Assembly: GCA_951406725.2 (NCBI GenBank)
Contig: OX597824.1
Span: 81,034,001-81,098,000 of the forward strand
Reading direction: 5' to 3'
From: Octopus vulgaris
Lineage: Eukaryota
Length of the DNA: 64,000 nucleotides
Shown: positions 12,272 through 26,553 of the stretch, one piece after another
How the letters are laid out: the number at the start of each line of letters is the position of its first letter
Numbering within the stretch: the stretch's first letter is position 1
Made by a program: the position numbers and the translations under genes
Notes under the pieces: generated by a model
What the model saw: the letters and a program-made list of their open reading frames with translations, nothing else
What the model was told of the DNA's origin: nothing
Database searches by the model: none

Positions 12272-13748
12272 CATCCCTCGCACTCAACTATCGCCCAATC
12301 TCACTCACCTCCCACATCATCAAAGTGTTTGAAAGAGTGTTAAGATCAAGGATAGCTGACTTCCTGGAGACCCACAAACTCCTAAATGCAAATCAGCATG
12401 GCTTTCGCTGTGGCAGGGACTGTCTAACACAGCTCTTACACCACATTGAAGATGTACTCAAAGCCTTGGGAACAGGTTCGAACTCTGATGTCATATATAT
12501 TGACTTCAGTAAAGCGTTCGACAGGGTAGACCATAATATCCTACTCTCCAAATTGGCATACGTTGGAATCCGCGGAAAAGTTCTACACTGGATCAAGTAT
12601 TTCCTGGCGAATAGAACGCAACATGTTGTAGTTGATCGAGTCCACTCAAGCCCAGCAAAAGTCAGCAGCGGTGTCCCCCAGGGGACTCTCTTGGGTCCGC
12701 TACTCTTCATAATCTACATAAACGACCTTTCCAGTGTCGTACATTATCGCAAAGTGAAAATATTTGCTGATGACACTAAGCTCCAGCAAATCGTCAATGA
12801 AGAAGCAGACCGAACTCAACTCCAGTGTGATCTATATGCTGTGAGTCAATGGGCAAACAGAAACAAAATGCAACTGAATCGAGGGAAAATTTGAGCTGAT
12901 GCATTTTGGAAGAAATTCCTCACTAAAACAGCCATACTCTCTCCTTCAGGGGAACAGCTCACAGCCTCTAACAATATCAGAGACCTGGGTGTAATTGTTG
13001 ATGACGATCTCAGTTGGAGTGCACACATCAACAAGAAGGTCGATATAGCTCGTAGGATGAGTTCCTGGATCTTAAGAACTTTCCGGTCCAGAGAACAAGG
13101 TGTCATCATACCACTTTTCTCCTCCTTTGTACGGCCACACCTCGAATACTGCTGACTACTGTGGTCTCCCCATGCAAGACAAAACATCTCGAGGATTGAA
13201 TCACCCCAGAGGGATCTCACTAAACGAATTGAAGGCATGGCTGCTCTCGATTATTGGGATCGCCTTAAAGCCTTGAAACTCTACTCTCTCCAGCGTCGCC
13301 GTGAGCAGTACATCATTTGTACGATGTGGAGAATATACCGCCAACTTTGCCCAAACGACCTGAACATTAGCTTCAAGGTTCATCCAAGACTGGGACCACG
13401 GGCCATACGTCCCCTGCCCAATTCAAGATCACAGCATACATGTACACTACAATATAATTTCTTTTCCTCAACAGGCCCTGCCCTATTTAACATTGTCCCG
13501 AAAGAGATCAAAGAGGAACAGGATCCCATCAACTTTAAATGGAGTCTGGATAGATTCCTTCAAGGAATACCAGATAAGCCACCCATAATTGGATACAACT
13601 CACCCAACAAAAGCTCACAACTTGAATGGACCATTAACAAAACTTGACTTAAACAGGATTCAAATAATCCTATCAGGTGGTGCTATTAAGTTAGACATGG
13701 CCTGGACCAATCATTGGTCGAAACATATCTAAGTTTATCTAAGTTTAT
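12272..13748 (+). pseudogene. 5'-truncated CR1-group (CR1/L2/Crack-like) LINE, reverse transcriptase and C-terminal region
   Basis: NYRPISLTS, QHGFR, YIDFSKAFDRVDH, GVPQG..LGPLLF, IFADDTK, YWDRLKALKLYSLQRRR; frameshift near 12890 and in-frame stop near 13153; 3' stem-loop and (ctaagtttat)2 tail. Confidence 0.92.
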
Positions 13749-14831
13749 ACACAAACACACATACACACACAAATGCACACACACATATATATTATATATA
13801 CATATAAAGATATACACATACATACATATATGTTTATATACACACATATATATTTATATATCATTATATATATATATACATAAAATATACCTGTATTTAA
13901 ATCTATATATATAAGTGTATACCTATATATATGTCTGAGTGTGTGTGGTGGGGAGGGTTTCCTCCTCTTTAGTATTATTTTTAGATTGTTGCAATAAAGA
14001 CGCGTCTTTAGAACGCAAGATATTTACGACTTAATAATATAGAATTTGGATAGAGACTGGGATAGTCAATTTTATGGGCAGAATATTACTTGGCTGGCCG
14101 CATATTCATACAATTCACCAGCACACTCCTTTTATCGGGGCCGTATATTATAAACATTCTACAACCGCAAAAAAACTTTTCATTATTCTAATAATACTCC
14201 CTTACGCGTTCTACAGTGACGGAAACAGACCCAGTTTTGTATGAATATTCTATTCAAAATATGCGTGTGTCTGTGTATGTAAGAGAGTTTGTGTGTGATT
14301 GTATGTTTGGGTTTTAAAGGTCATTCTTGTTATTAATCTATAGACACACAAATTTTCTGTGGACAAGCCAAATTTGTTACGGACAGAAAATTAATTGATT
14401 CAAACAAGTGTACCTCTGTGTGTGTCTACGTGCAATTCTATATATTTGTGTATGCATGCATGCTTGTATGTTTTATCTATATTTATACACATTTGTGTAC
14501 ATGTGTGTATGTGTGTGCATGTGTGTGTACGCATGTGTGTCATATGCACTTGAGCAGTATCACTGTCCTCTATCCAAAGCCATCTGTTACAGTTGTGTAC
14601 AGACGTTGCATGATTGGTTGAGAGGGCTCGAACACTTGTAACCAAGTCATACTGAACATACACACATACACACATATACACATATATTTATACCTATATA
14701 TATATATATATATTTATGTTTTTGACATATATGTATTTATGAATTTGTATATATATATATAGTTGAAATTTATATATATATTTATCCATATAAATATAAA
14801 CACATATATATACACGTATATATATTTATAC

Positions 14832-15141
14832 GTGGAGGCACAATGGTCCAGTGGTTAGGGCAGCGGACTCGCGGTCGTAGGATCGTGGTTTCGATTCCCA
14901 GACCGGGCTTTGTGAGTATTTATAGAGCGAAAGACACCTAAAGCTCCACGAGGCTCCGGCAGGGGGTGGTGGCGATCCCTGCTGTACTCTTTCGCCACAA
15001 CTTTCTCTCACTCTTTCTTCTGTTGGCCTGCTCACTTAGCCAGCGGGGTGGCATCATTTGAAGGCTAAAACAATGCGAAGCGCATTGTGACCAGCGATGT
15101 GTAGCAATATCTGATAGCCTGGTTGGTCACAGTGACGGTGA
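14832..15141 (+). mobile_element. tRNA-derived SINE family C, tail type 1
   Basis: Head gtggaggcacaatggtccagtggttagggcagcggactcgcggtcgtaggatcgtggtttcgattccc; second copy at 53711. Confidence 0.85.
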
Positions 15142-15556
15142 TATATTTATACATGTCTATATGTATTTATATATTTTGTGTCTGTGTATATATATATATA
15201 TTTTTTTCTAGTTTCAGCTCAAAGCTGCGGCCATGCTGAAGCACCGCCGTTGTATATATACAAAAATATATGTACTACATATACGCACATATATATGCAC
15301 TTATACATATATGAACATAGACATACACAGAAACGTACACCCACAGACATACAACAGACGAATTAATATATATTGAACGATATATAATGAAAAAACTCAT
15401 ATAGTGGAGTTAGCTAACGAAAGAATTCACTGCTACGATATGCACACACACGCACAATCACACAAACACACGCATAAACACACATACATGCATATACTAT
15501 AACCTTCAATATCAATCACTCACCATCGCTAATTAGTGGACTAACTTGAAACTGTT

Positions 15557-15944
15557 GGAATGGAAGCACTCCGTCGGTTACGACGATAAGGGTTCCGGTT
15601 GATCCGATCAACGGAACAGCCTGCTCGTGAAATTAACGTGTAAGTGGCTGAGCACTCCACAGACACGTGTACCCTTGACGTAGTTCTCGGGGATATTCAG
15701 CGTGACACAGAGAGTGACAAGGCCGGCCCTTTGAAATACAGGTACAACAGAAACAGGAAGTAAGAGTGAGAGAAAGTTGTGGTGAAAGAGTACAGCAGGG
15801 ATCGCCACCATCCCCTGCCGGAGCCTCGTGGAGCTTTAAGTGTTTTCGCTCAATAAACACTCACAACGCCCGGTCTGGGAATCGAAATCGCGATCCTACG
15901 ACCGCGAGTCCGCTGCCCTAACCACTGGGCCATTGTGCCTCCAC
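15557..15944 (-). mobile_element. SINE family C, tail type 2, with 14-bp TSD
   Basis: Same head as 14832; TSD aacttgaaactgtt at 15543 and 15945. Confidence 0.9.
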
Positions 15945-15989
15945 AACTTGAAACTGTTACACGCACACTCACACATATATGTATATATT

Positions 15990-16340
15990 GTTACCTCTGT
16001 TTTAGCGTGTTTGTTTCTTTGATACTTTGTCCGTGGACAAGATATCTCAAGAACCGCTGGATAGATTCGGATGAAACTTTCAGGGATGTTTGACCTTGAG
16101 ACTGGCAGGAACTGATTAGATTTTGTGATCGATCCGGTACCAGACAAGGATTTGGGATTATTTTTCCATTTTTTTAAACTTAATTTTTGAGAGCGGTCGG
16201 GTTCCATTCTTAGTATTCTCGTTTGTGAGAGCAGTCGAATTTATTTAAGATATTCTCATTTTTAAAAACCATCTCTGGCTAATCGTTGAGAGAACGTTGG
16301 TGTTGCCTTTGCGGAGGAGGTTTCCGCTCTCTGAGTGCTG
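15990..16340 (+). mobile_element. Helentron-associated (DINE-1/HINE-like) non-autonomous element
   Basis: 5' ttacctc.., 3' gcggaggaggt followed by hairpin cgctctctgagtg; internal gatatctcaagaaccgctggatagattcggatgaaacttt resembles this class. Confidence 0.55.
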
Positions 16341-17640
16341 TTGTTTCTAACTTGATTCTGACAGAATTTTGCTTTCCTTATTGCAACAGATGTTATTTGT
16401 ATCTTGAAAGAGTCACGTGTTACATTTAATTTCAATTTAAGTTGAATTGTCAGAAATCCTGTGACCTTTGCAATGTTTTTCTAGCATGCATACTTTTCAA
16501 GTATCACGTCTGTGTGTTCAAACATATATGGATATCTTGTTATTTTTTGGTTTCATTGTTTCTTAGTTTTAAATTCTTTGTTTCTTTGCGCCAACGTGGC
16601 TGTGTGCATTGTGTATTTTGTATTTGTGTGTATTTCTGTGTGGTATATCGTTAATATCTGTTACATTTCATTGTATTCACGCGCATGTGTTCATTCTTTG
16701 CAATTGTACTACAAGCTGTTTTGCCTATATCCTGTCGTGTCTATACTGCTCTTCTCCGTGACTCATCACCGCCATACTTATGTCTATGAAATCATCCGTC
16801 GCCATTTTCTCCCTCATAACTACCAACCAAGAGGTATCGCTGCCTCGAATTTTGAAACACCTTTTTGCCGAGTATTAATTTGTCAAAAAACACTTTATCT
16901 ATAACAGCATTAACATATAGAATAACACTTTACCACGAAAGCTAAAAAACACTTTTTCCCTGTCAAATTTCCAAAAATCAATAAAAAACCCAGACTCATT
17001 TATAAACTTTATTTTATAAACCTACAGTATTTATAATATTAGTAATATTTTAAATTTCCAGATTTAAAGAGATTTACTTTCTATTTACGTTTTTGACCGC
17101 TTTGCTTGACTGCAAAAGATGTTTCTTTTTGTTTTTTTATAATTATTGACCTATCTATTTATTTTGTCTTTGGCCTACAAATTTGCGCAAATCAGCTAAA
17201 CTGCCAAAGGGCTTAATCCGATTGTTTAAGCAATTTCTGAAAAAAAAAATTGTTTTCTGTAATCTTACTTATTGTAATCGATAAAAAATATTCGCTATAA
17301 ATTGGATTAATAAATTTATTTATTTATATACTTATTTATGTATTTATTTATTTGGCATACTAACTCCTTGTTTTGTATTTTTTTATCGTTTGTTTTTCAG
17401 ACTCTGAAGCATTTATGTAGGAGTTCTTAAATTTTTATGATTTGTAAAATAGCAACTGAGTGGGTCTCCTTATTTTATTCTACTAGAATTATTTTAAGCG
17501 TCACTCTATGTAACGTTTTCCTAAATTTGTAAATTAGCTCGCCTCTGGATTTTGTAACAATAAGCATCACAACATATATACTGTTGTCATATTATCATAT
17601 TACAAGCCTGCTTTTTGTTTCACTCTTCCCTTTTCTAATC

Positions 17641-17871
17641 TATTTCTTTACTACCCACAAGGGGCTAAACACAGAGAGAACAAACAAGGACAGACAAACG
17701 GATTAAGTCGATTATATCGACCCCAGTGCGTAACTGGTACTTATTTAATCGACCCCGAAAGGATGAAAGGCAAAGTCGACCTCGGCGGAATTTGAACTCA
17801 GAACGTAACGGCAGACAAAATACCGCTAAGCATTTCGCCCGGCATGCTAACGTTTCTGCCAGCTCGCCGCC
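17641..17871 (-). mobile_element. tRNA-derived SINE family B (Meta-domain-like core) with TSD
   Basis: Core gaggtcgactttgcctttcatcctttcggggtcgattaaataagtaccag; TSD ttcccttttctaatct on both sides. Confidence 0.9.
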
Positions 17872-18284
17872 TTTCCCTTTTCTAATCTGTCCTAGGATTT
17901 CCCGTGGTACATGGGATACACTTCATTTGTAAATCTGCGGATCGTGCTTATGAGAATTTTCTTGGTTTCTCTTCAAATTTGCGATGAAATCTAAGTGTTT
18001 GCATCTAGAATATTTCATACAAAATATGAAAATCGCTACGTACTTTCTCAGTATAAAGGATGGATGCAAAGCTTTTCCTAGCTCCACCAGCAAGATATTT
18101 AGGTTAGCATTTGTCGACATAGTAGACTTCAAGTAGTTTAGGTGAGAGTGGAGAAGCTGTTTCTTTATGGCAAATGTTTCAAGGCAAATGTTTCGAGTCT
18201 ATCATTCCTTATCTAGACTAGAGAGATACTTGTTGGGATATTCTATAACAGTTCTCGTATTGCAATGTGTCCAGTTGATTCGGA

Positions 18285-18640
18285 ATCATAATCACATATT
18301 CGGTATGATGATCGTATATACGACATGATGATCAAATATACGGCACTGATGGTCACATATACGGTATAATAATCAAACATACGGCATGATAATCACATAT
18401 ACGGCATGTTGATCACATATACGGCATAATAATCATATATACGACATAATCTTCACATATACGGTTTGATGATCACATATACGGCATGACGATCATATAT
18501 ACGGCATGATGGTCACACATACGGAATGATGATCACATATACGACATGATGATCACATATACGGCATGATGATTGCATATACGGCATAATCTTCACATAT
18601 ACGGTATGATGATCACATATTTGGTATGATGATCACACAA
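18285..18640. repeat. 20-bp minisatellite, about 17 copies
   Basis: Unit acggcatgatgatcacatat. Confidence 0.95.
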
Positions 18641-18826
18641 TCAGTCACATATAGTCAGCATTTATAATTCATAGGGTCACCCTATTTTGCTCGCAGACTC
18701 TCAATCTCATGCTGGATGAGGACTAAGCTCAAAACGAAATCTTGGCCCAGATGTCTGACAGAATGCTTGTGCTCAATTCAGGCGAGGGAAGAGCTTCACC
18801 AGTTATAATTCTAAGCGTGGGTTATA

Positions 18827-19408
18827 TCTATATATATAAAACTGTAGTTGTGTGAGTGTCTGTCTCCTACGATTTAGATTCCTAACTCCTCCCACATTTT
18901 GCGGTGCAGTTTAACTAAATTCGGGTATCTTATAGTCGTGATTCATATCGAGCCCGTCTGGGTATTAGCGCGCGTCTACGATGAGTCTACGATTTTAAAA
19001 ATAATTTAACATCATTTTTTTATTCCATTTTAATGCATATTTTTTCGTGTGTCGATGGCGGCGGAGTTGGCGTCCACGCTCAAACACCTGCACCTGTGTT
19101 TGCTTCTCCCCCTTCTTCCCTCCCTCGTGAAGCTGTGGGGAAGGGAGTGTAAGGAAATCAACGTCGTAAAGCATTGTCAAGGAGACCAGCGTTATTTTAG
19201 AACAACGACTTCATGGCTTGAAGACACCAAAACAGAAATGGCTAAGAAAGCGTCTACGATGAGTCTACGATTAAAAAAAAAAATTTACCATCATTTTTTA
19301 TTCCATTTTTAATGCATTTTTTTGCTAATTTTTTTGCTATACCTCTCTAAAAATGCTTATATAGTTATTCCCCTTACAAACCCGAGCAACGCCGAGCGAT
19401 ACTGCTAG
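18827..19408 (+). mobile_element. Non-autonomous Helitron
   Basis: A|TCTATATATATAAAA start, subterminal cccgagcaacgccgagcg hairpin, CTAG|T end; internal duplication of gcgtctacgatgagtctacgatt...ttccatttt. Confidence 0.8.
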
Positions 19409-19514
19409 TCCTGGATACAAGTAAACAGACAAAAACCCCACTGTTGCATGTCCTCTACCCCGCCTTCACTAAGGACTCTTGGAATGATTTGAAGACCTAC
19501 AAGACAACTTCTAT

Positions 19515-19952
19515 CTTCTACTTGTGTCAGTCAACAGACTGCGGCCATACTGGGGCACCAAGGGATTTTAGTCGAAAGAATCGACCCCAATACTTTAACC
19601 CTTTAGTGTTCAGATTACTCTGTTAAATGTAATACTTTTCCACTCAAATTGTTTTGAATTAATCAAGCATTATCTCATAGCTTTGAGGTTTCAATGATGT
19701 GATTGTTTATATTTAGAATGAAATTGTCGGATAGGTGTGAGAGGCTAGATATTGCCAGTTTGAATATAAAACATGTAGAATATCTGGGCCAGATATGGCC
19801 GGTTTAAACACTAAAGGGTTAATCCTGGTAATTCTTCTATCGGTCTCTTATGCTGAACCGCTAATGTTAGGGGAAATAAACACACCAGCAACGCTTGTTA
19901 AGCAGACACGAAGACACCCACAAACACAAAGACACAGACACGCACACAGATA

Positions 19953-19996
<44 letters not shown>

Positions 19997-20160
19997 TACG
20001 ACGGACTTCTTTCAGTTTCTGTCTACGAAGTCCAACCATAAGGATTTGGCCAGGTGTGGCTACAGTAGAGAACATTTTTCCAAGGTGCCACGAAGTGGGT
20101 CTGAACTCAGATTCTTGTGGTTGGGAAACAAAGTACCTATCACAGAGCCATACCTGTGAC
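19515..20160 (-). mobile_element. Diverged SINE family A interrupted by a MITE
   Basis: Family A tail, body and head motifs on both sides of 19599-19818. Confidence 0.7.
19599..19818. mobile_element. piggyBac-like MITE
   Basis: TTAA-ccctttagtgtt ... aacactaaaggg-TTAA. Confidence 0.85.
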
Positions 20161-20451
20161 TATGGACACATAATCGCAAAATGTTACACGGCTTCTATTT
20201 AAAAGATGTCCACTGAACTACATAAGCTTTTTTGTGGTTTCAACAACTTTAGGACGTGTTGAGTATAATAAGAACATCTTTAGAAAATTACTTTCTGTAG
20301 AATGATCTGGTGATGTCTCACGAATATTTATCACGCCACAGCTTATTCAAGTGAGAGACGATTATTAATATATTAATACCTGTATCAAACACTGATAACA
20401 TTTTTTTTTTGCATTAAGAGTTAATCTCATTTTCTATCTCTCTTTAAGTAA

Positions 20452-20561
<110 letters not shown>

Positions 20562-20617
20562 ATATCGGTCTCTTATGATATATATATATATATATATATA
20601 TATCACCAACCTAGTTT

Positions 20618-20669
<52 letters not shown>

Positions 20670-20829
20670 GCTGTTTGTGTGTGTGCATGTAGGTAGATTG
20701 ATACATAAATGAATAGATAGCTTTATACAACGTGAGTCAGGTAGATGAAGTACAAATGCAAAAAAATAGGGATTTATCTCTATTTCATACAGGTATTAAT
20801 GTATTAAGAGAGAAATCTACGCATGTACT

Positions 20830-20870
<41 letters not shown>

Positions 20871-21013
20871 GTACAATATGTATTGATATATCTGATTATG
20901 TATACGAAATTTAATATATGTTATACATACATACATGTATGGTGTATGTATACATATAAATGCATGCGTGTATGTATATTTATGCATACATACGTATATA
21001 TATATACATACAC

Positions 21014-21047
<34 letters not shown>

Positions 21048-21144
21048 ATATATAATAGTTTGAAACCCTTATCTTTCAGCCTGTCGATTTGCCATTTTCT
21101 TCAACGGCTTATTACATGCCGCTATTCTTCCGTTCTTTTATTTA

Positions 21145-21307
21145 TTTCACTCATTTGACTGTGGCCATGCTGGAGCACCACTTTTAGTCGAACAAATCGA
21201 CCCCAGGACTTATTTTTTGTAAGCCTAGTACTTCCCCAAATACGTAAACACACCATCATCTGTTGTCAAGCGATGATGGGGGCACAAACACAGACGCACA
21301 CACACAC

Positions 21308-21402
<95 letters not shown>

Positions 21403-21563
21403 CGACGTGCTTCTTTCAGTTTCCGCCTACCAAATCCACCCAGAAGGACTTGGTCGGCCGGATGCTATAGTAGAACACACTTGCCCAAGGTGCCATGAGG
21501 TGGGACTGAACCCAGAACCATGTGGCTGCTAACCAAGTTATTTATTACACGGCCACTCTTGCA
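21145..21563 (-). mobile_element. SINE family A
   Basis: Family A motifs with internal (CA)n(TA)n. Confidence 0.8.
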
Positions 21564-21666
21564 CCAATAACATTTTTTATGAATTGCGTTATATTTAAGT
21601 ATTCTCTATCTTCCGATATACATTATTTGTACATTTATGTATAAATTAATATATACGTGCTATATC

Positions 21667-21713
<47 letters not shown>

Positions 21714-21763
21714 ACACTAACATATATGATTGAATACATATAAACATGTATGTACATATAAAC

Positions 21764-21816
<53 letters not shown>

Positions 21817-22694
21817 TATACATATATATACATATATATGTCCAGACGTACATTTCCTTGTATATATCAATATATGTGTGTATGCGCATATATGTGTACG
21901 AGCCCTTATGTATGAGTGAATATATACACAAACTCCCTCATACACACGTATACACACACATACACACACATAGCCCCCCCCCACATATATATATATATAT
22001 TGACAGAAGCACACACACACATATATATATATATACACAAAATACACATATGTACATGAAAATCTTTATGCAAATATATCCATTTAAGCAACGCATACAC
22101 CCTATACATATATATTGTTACATTCACATACACCTATTCATATATACGCATGTTATCTTCCTTTCATAAACCTATAACAACCTGTAACTGCCTTGAATCA
22201 ATTGCACAAGTCTTGCCACTTCACTTTATTAGTGACCAGTGTACATATATATATATATGAAGCGATGTACAGTAATTTTTGAGAATAACATATATGCACA
22301 TCTTTATATATGTGTATATGATCTATACCTTATACTGATATTCTATACGATTTCATTGGAATGGTTTCCTTATTATCCACAGTTTCTTGTTGTTGATTAT
22401 ATCTAACTTTGATAGAATTTCTATCACCTAATTCTCTCAATTATTTGAAACCTTATATTAAAAAGATTCTCATTCTCTGCCGTGATATTGCCAGGATATT
22501 AACTCTCTCCTCCATCACTGAACGCTTCTATCACTCATTGGATGGCCAGGCCCCTATCTCTACTTTCACTTCTCTCGTTGCTTACATCTCCGTTCGTTAA
22601 GCTGCATACGTGTACATCAGACATATGCGCATGTACACCGAACGCATATATACAAAGATATTCACAATGTAGAAATTGTAAAACATATATCCGA

Positions 22695-22762
<68 letters not shown>

Positions 22763-23154
22763 TAAAAATAAGGGTGTCTGAGAGACACCACCATGCCGAA
22801 ATAGCAGTCAAATCCCTGACTCTAAAAACCACCTTAAATGTTCATATCGCATCATGAGATAAGACAGAGGGACAAAATAGACTAGCAAAAAGATATCACT
22901 GAATAATTCAAGATCCTGGATTTCTAGCTTTGCTTCAAATAACCTATACCTTCATCAGTTGAATATATCAGATGGGCACATAAATACAAATAGAGAACAA
23001 ACGTTATACTTACATATGCGAACGTCCATATATACATATATATATGCACGTATGTACAAGGCCAGTTCAACTTGCCCGCCAACCACCTCATAAGCACGAT
23101 ATGGTCAAAATAAACACCGCGGTGAATAGAGTGACGAATTATATAAATTTATAA

Positions 23155-23225
23155 ATAAGGATAATATCGATATTCATTCCCAAGCTGGCCACTTCATAAT
23201 ATCGATATTTAAATATCGATATTAT

Positions 23226-23230
<5 letters not shown>
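23155..23230. repeat. Short hairpin with 20-bp perfect arms
   Basis: ataaggataatatcgatatt ... aatatcgatattatccttat; the palindrome aatatcgatatt occurs three times. Confidence 0.8.
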
Positions 23231-23261
<31 letters not shown>

Positions 23262-23382
23262 TGCGCAGCGCATGAAGTAGAGCAAAGAGATGTGCTTATT
23301 GTATAAAAGAACCGACAGCGTATTCGAGAAAGTCTGTGTGTGTATGTGCATATGTGCATATAATCTTTTTTTTCTCTTTTAA

Positions 23383-23525
23383 TTGTTTCAGTCATTTGAC
23401 TGTGGCCATGCTGGAGCACCATCTTTAGTCGAGCAAATCGACCCCAGGACTTACTCTTTGTAAGCCTAGTACTTATTCTATCGGTCTGTTTTTGCCGAAC
23501 CGCTAAGTTACGGGGAAGTAAACAC
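23383..23525 (-). mobile_element. SINE family A 3' half
   Basis: Family A tail motifs. Confidence 0.8.
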
Positions 23526-23691
23526 GTAAACGCAAGTTTTGTAAAGACAAAAAGTAAAGAATTTTATAGATAGTTTACGTATTACATTTCGTTTTTGGAT
23601 TTGGTCTGCAAAATTTTTTATGAGTTCGTGTTTTGAAGTATATTCTGTTGTGTCTGGGGAGAGTCATTTTATTTTTGTGCCTTATAATTTA

Positions 23692-23836
23692 ACCCACTCA
23701 CCGTAAAATTTCCACTTATTTCTTATTTTTATTTTCCTAAAATTTTCGTTGCGTCTTGCAACCTTTTCAATACACGCAACGAAAATGTTAGAAAAATAAA
23801 AATAAGAAATAAGTGGAAATTTTACCGGTGAGTGTG
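23692..23836. repeat. Fold-back inverted repeat (about 60-bp arms), Penelope-like
   Basis: cactcaccgtaaaatttccacttatttc...ttcgttgcgt pairs with acgcaacgaaaa...gtggaaattttaccggtgagtg; minus strand carries TTGAAAA-g-gttgc-aagac-gcaac-GAAA. Confidence 0.8.
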
Positions 23837-24020
23837 TTTCGTATCACACGTTGAAAATATATTCAAGCAACAGATAATCCTTGAAAAAAGATGGTGAGGA
23901 GGGGGAAAGAAAAAGAAAGTAAGAGAAAATGAAGCTCAGATTACTAGCATACAAGCTAATCTTGTAGTAATCGCAATGATGAGACTTTCACATATAATAC
24001 ACTAACGGAGACACAGCATG

Positions 24021-25232
24021 TACACAGACATGCAGGAAGTAAATAGACACCTTTAATTTTCAAAATCTTTTATTTAATACGCAAAGCGAACAATCGAAAT
24101 GTAATCGATAGGGAGGACTACATACTTTAGTATTTAGTTGACATTCCCTTTGCAGTTTTTAATTCAGAAACTCTTTTTGGCATTGAACTGATGAGCTTTG
24201 TGATTGTCTCTTGTGGAATTTCTCCCCACTTTTCATGCAACAACTGAAACAATTCATCTTCAGATTTAGATTTTTGTCGAGTTTTTCCTATAGCTCTATC
24301 TAGTATGCTCCAAAGATTTTCAGTTGGATTCATGTCAGGAGATTGGCTCGGCCAAGGTAGCTTTTTGATCCCATTTTCAGTCAGCCATTGTTGATTCTTT
24401 TTCGCTGTGTGGCATAGAACCACATCTTCCATGAATAAAAACTCATTTTTCATTATGGTAGTCCTTGCTTAAGTATTTCGATGTATTTTTCAGAGTTTAT
24501 GGTTCCAACACATTCGATCAGCAAAGAACGACCATTGCTGGTGACAGCTCCCCATATCATTACAGAGATACTTTCACAGGTGGTTGGAGTCGTTTCAAAT
24601 CAAATTCTTGACTGGGAAGCCTCCGCACCCAAAAACATCCACTCTCTGAAAATAAGGCAAATCTGGATTCATCTGAGAAAATCACTCTATCTCAAAATAA
24701 ACTAGATTTTTCTGATATCTCCTTAGTCCATTTCTTTCTTTTTATGATATTAATTGGTTTCCTTCTTGCTGCTCGTCCATAATACCCAAGCTTATGCAGA
24801 TATGTAACAAACGTTCTTTGACTAACTTCTAGCTCTTTTGCAATGTCAAAAGCCTTCGAACGGGGTTCGTTTCCACAATTCTCTTCAAACAGCGAAGCTT
24901 CCTTTCCGAGGGCCCAGGCTGGCCGGGACAACAATCTGTTGATTCTTTTCCTTGGATTTTGAATTGCACTATAATTCTATTAACAGTTGCAAGAGGAATA
25001 TGAAGATTTTCTGCAATTTTTCGATGGCTAAAACCTCATTGAAAATCTGGCAGTTCTGCTGAAATTTTAGTGCGTGGCATGGTCACTCTTCGCAAATGTT
25101 CAATATAATGGCACCTAGAATGAAAAAGAATAATTACATTGTAAGTTGTACACCGCTGAAAACATATTAAGGAGCTTAAATCGGAAATTTAGAAAATTAT
25201 TGGTATCTATTTACTTCCTGCATGTCTATATA
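24021..25232 (-). mobile_element. Decayed Tc1-family DNA transposon with TIRs
   Basis: TIRs agacatgcaggaagtaaataga / tctatttacttcctgcatgtct; frameshifted transposase (about 24127-25080) with GYYGRAARRKP and WPSQSPDMNPTENLW. Confidence 0.92.
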
Positions 25233-25501
25233 CATACTGGATTCTCTAGTTCATCAATTCCCAGTGAATGAACTGATATACACAGATATACATGCATTTA
25301 TATAAAATATATACTTAAGAAACAGAATGACATACACCTTATGGAAAGGAGTTTTCATGTTAAGCGCTTTCCGCTGATTCAGCTATTCAAACACACGCAC
25401 ACATATACACAAACACATTCACAGACAAATACGCACACACACACACACACACAAATAGACACATTCACATAAAATATATATGAATATAAAAGATGCATGT
25501 A

Positions 25502-25553
<52 letters not shown>

Positions 25554-26480
25554 TACCTATGTTGAATCAGTCTATACCTATATATGCATAACGTAATTTG
25601 GCTTCCGTATAATAATTATTTGTACACCGAATCATATATTTACTTCTTTTGGGGTTTCATCGTTCAGTCTTCGATAGGTTAGAGACATCTTTCATTTGAT
25701 AATACTTATATATATACACACACAGATATAAATGTATATATATATATATATACAAATATATATGTATACATATATATATATATATATATAACAAAATGGA
25801 ATATACAAATATATATGTATGCATATAAATATGCATATATGTATATATATATATACACATATACATATATATACATATATATATATATACGTATATGCAT
25901 ATATATGTACACTTATATATACGTATATATATATATATGTATATATATGTGTGTGTATTTGTATATATGTACAGTGTGTTTGATTTTAAATACGAGCGAG
26001 CTAGCTGGTATGTGCACGTGCGTATGTGCATGCGCTCGTTTCTGTGTACACATATTGTTTACACGTAGGCACGAATTTGCAAGAAAACACATGCTTATAG
26101 TGACAAGGATATACAAAAAGAAAAAAAACTAAAAAAACTAATAAAAAAGAACGAAGCATCTCACCTGGAGCAAAATAACATAAAAGATAACAATACAGAT
26201 CAATAAACAACAAATAAAATACACAGAGGAAAACATAATTATAACAATATACAAACATATAAAGAATCGGAATTGTTATTCCGTTGCACCGATGTTTTCT
26301 TGTTAAACCCAATTTACGGAATGGTTAATGGTGGACGCTACAGTTGTCCTGTAATATGTGTAGCTTGCAAGAATTTATTGGTTGCAACAGCTTCTTAATC
26401 CGATCAAAACACACGCAAACATGCATAATCACAATTACACGTGCATGCACACATATCAGTACTATTAAACTTGTAGGTGA

Positions 26481-26553
<73 letters not shown>

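Noticed and set aside
13700-13730. Hammerhead at the LINE 3' end (stem followed by GAAAC)
   Set aside because: No CUGANGA-like core; better explained as the LINE 3' recognition stem-loop.
14832-14905. tRNA gene
   Set aside because: The tRNA-like region is a SINE head continuing into body and tail, present in multiple copies.
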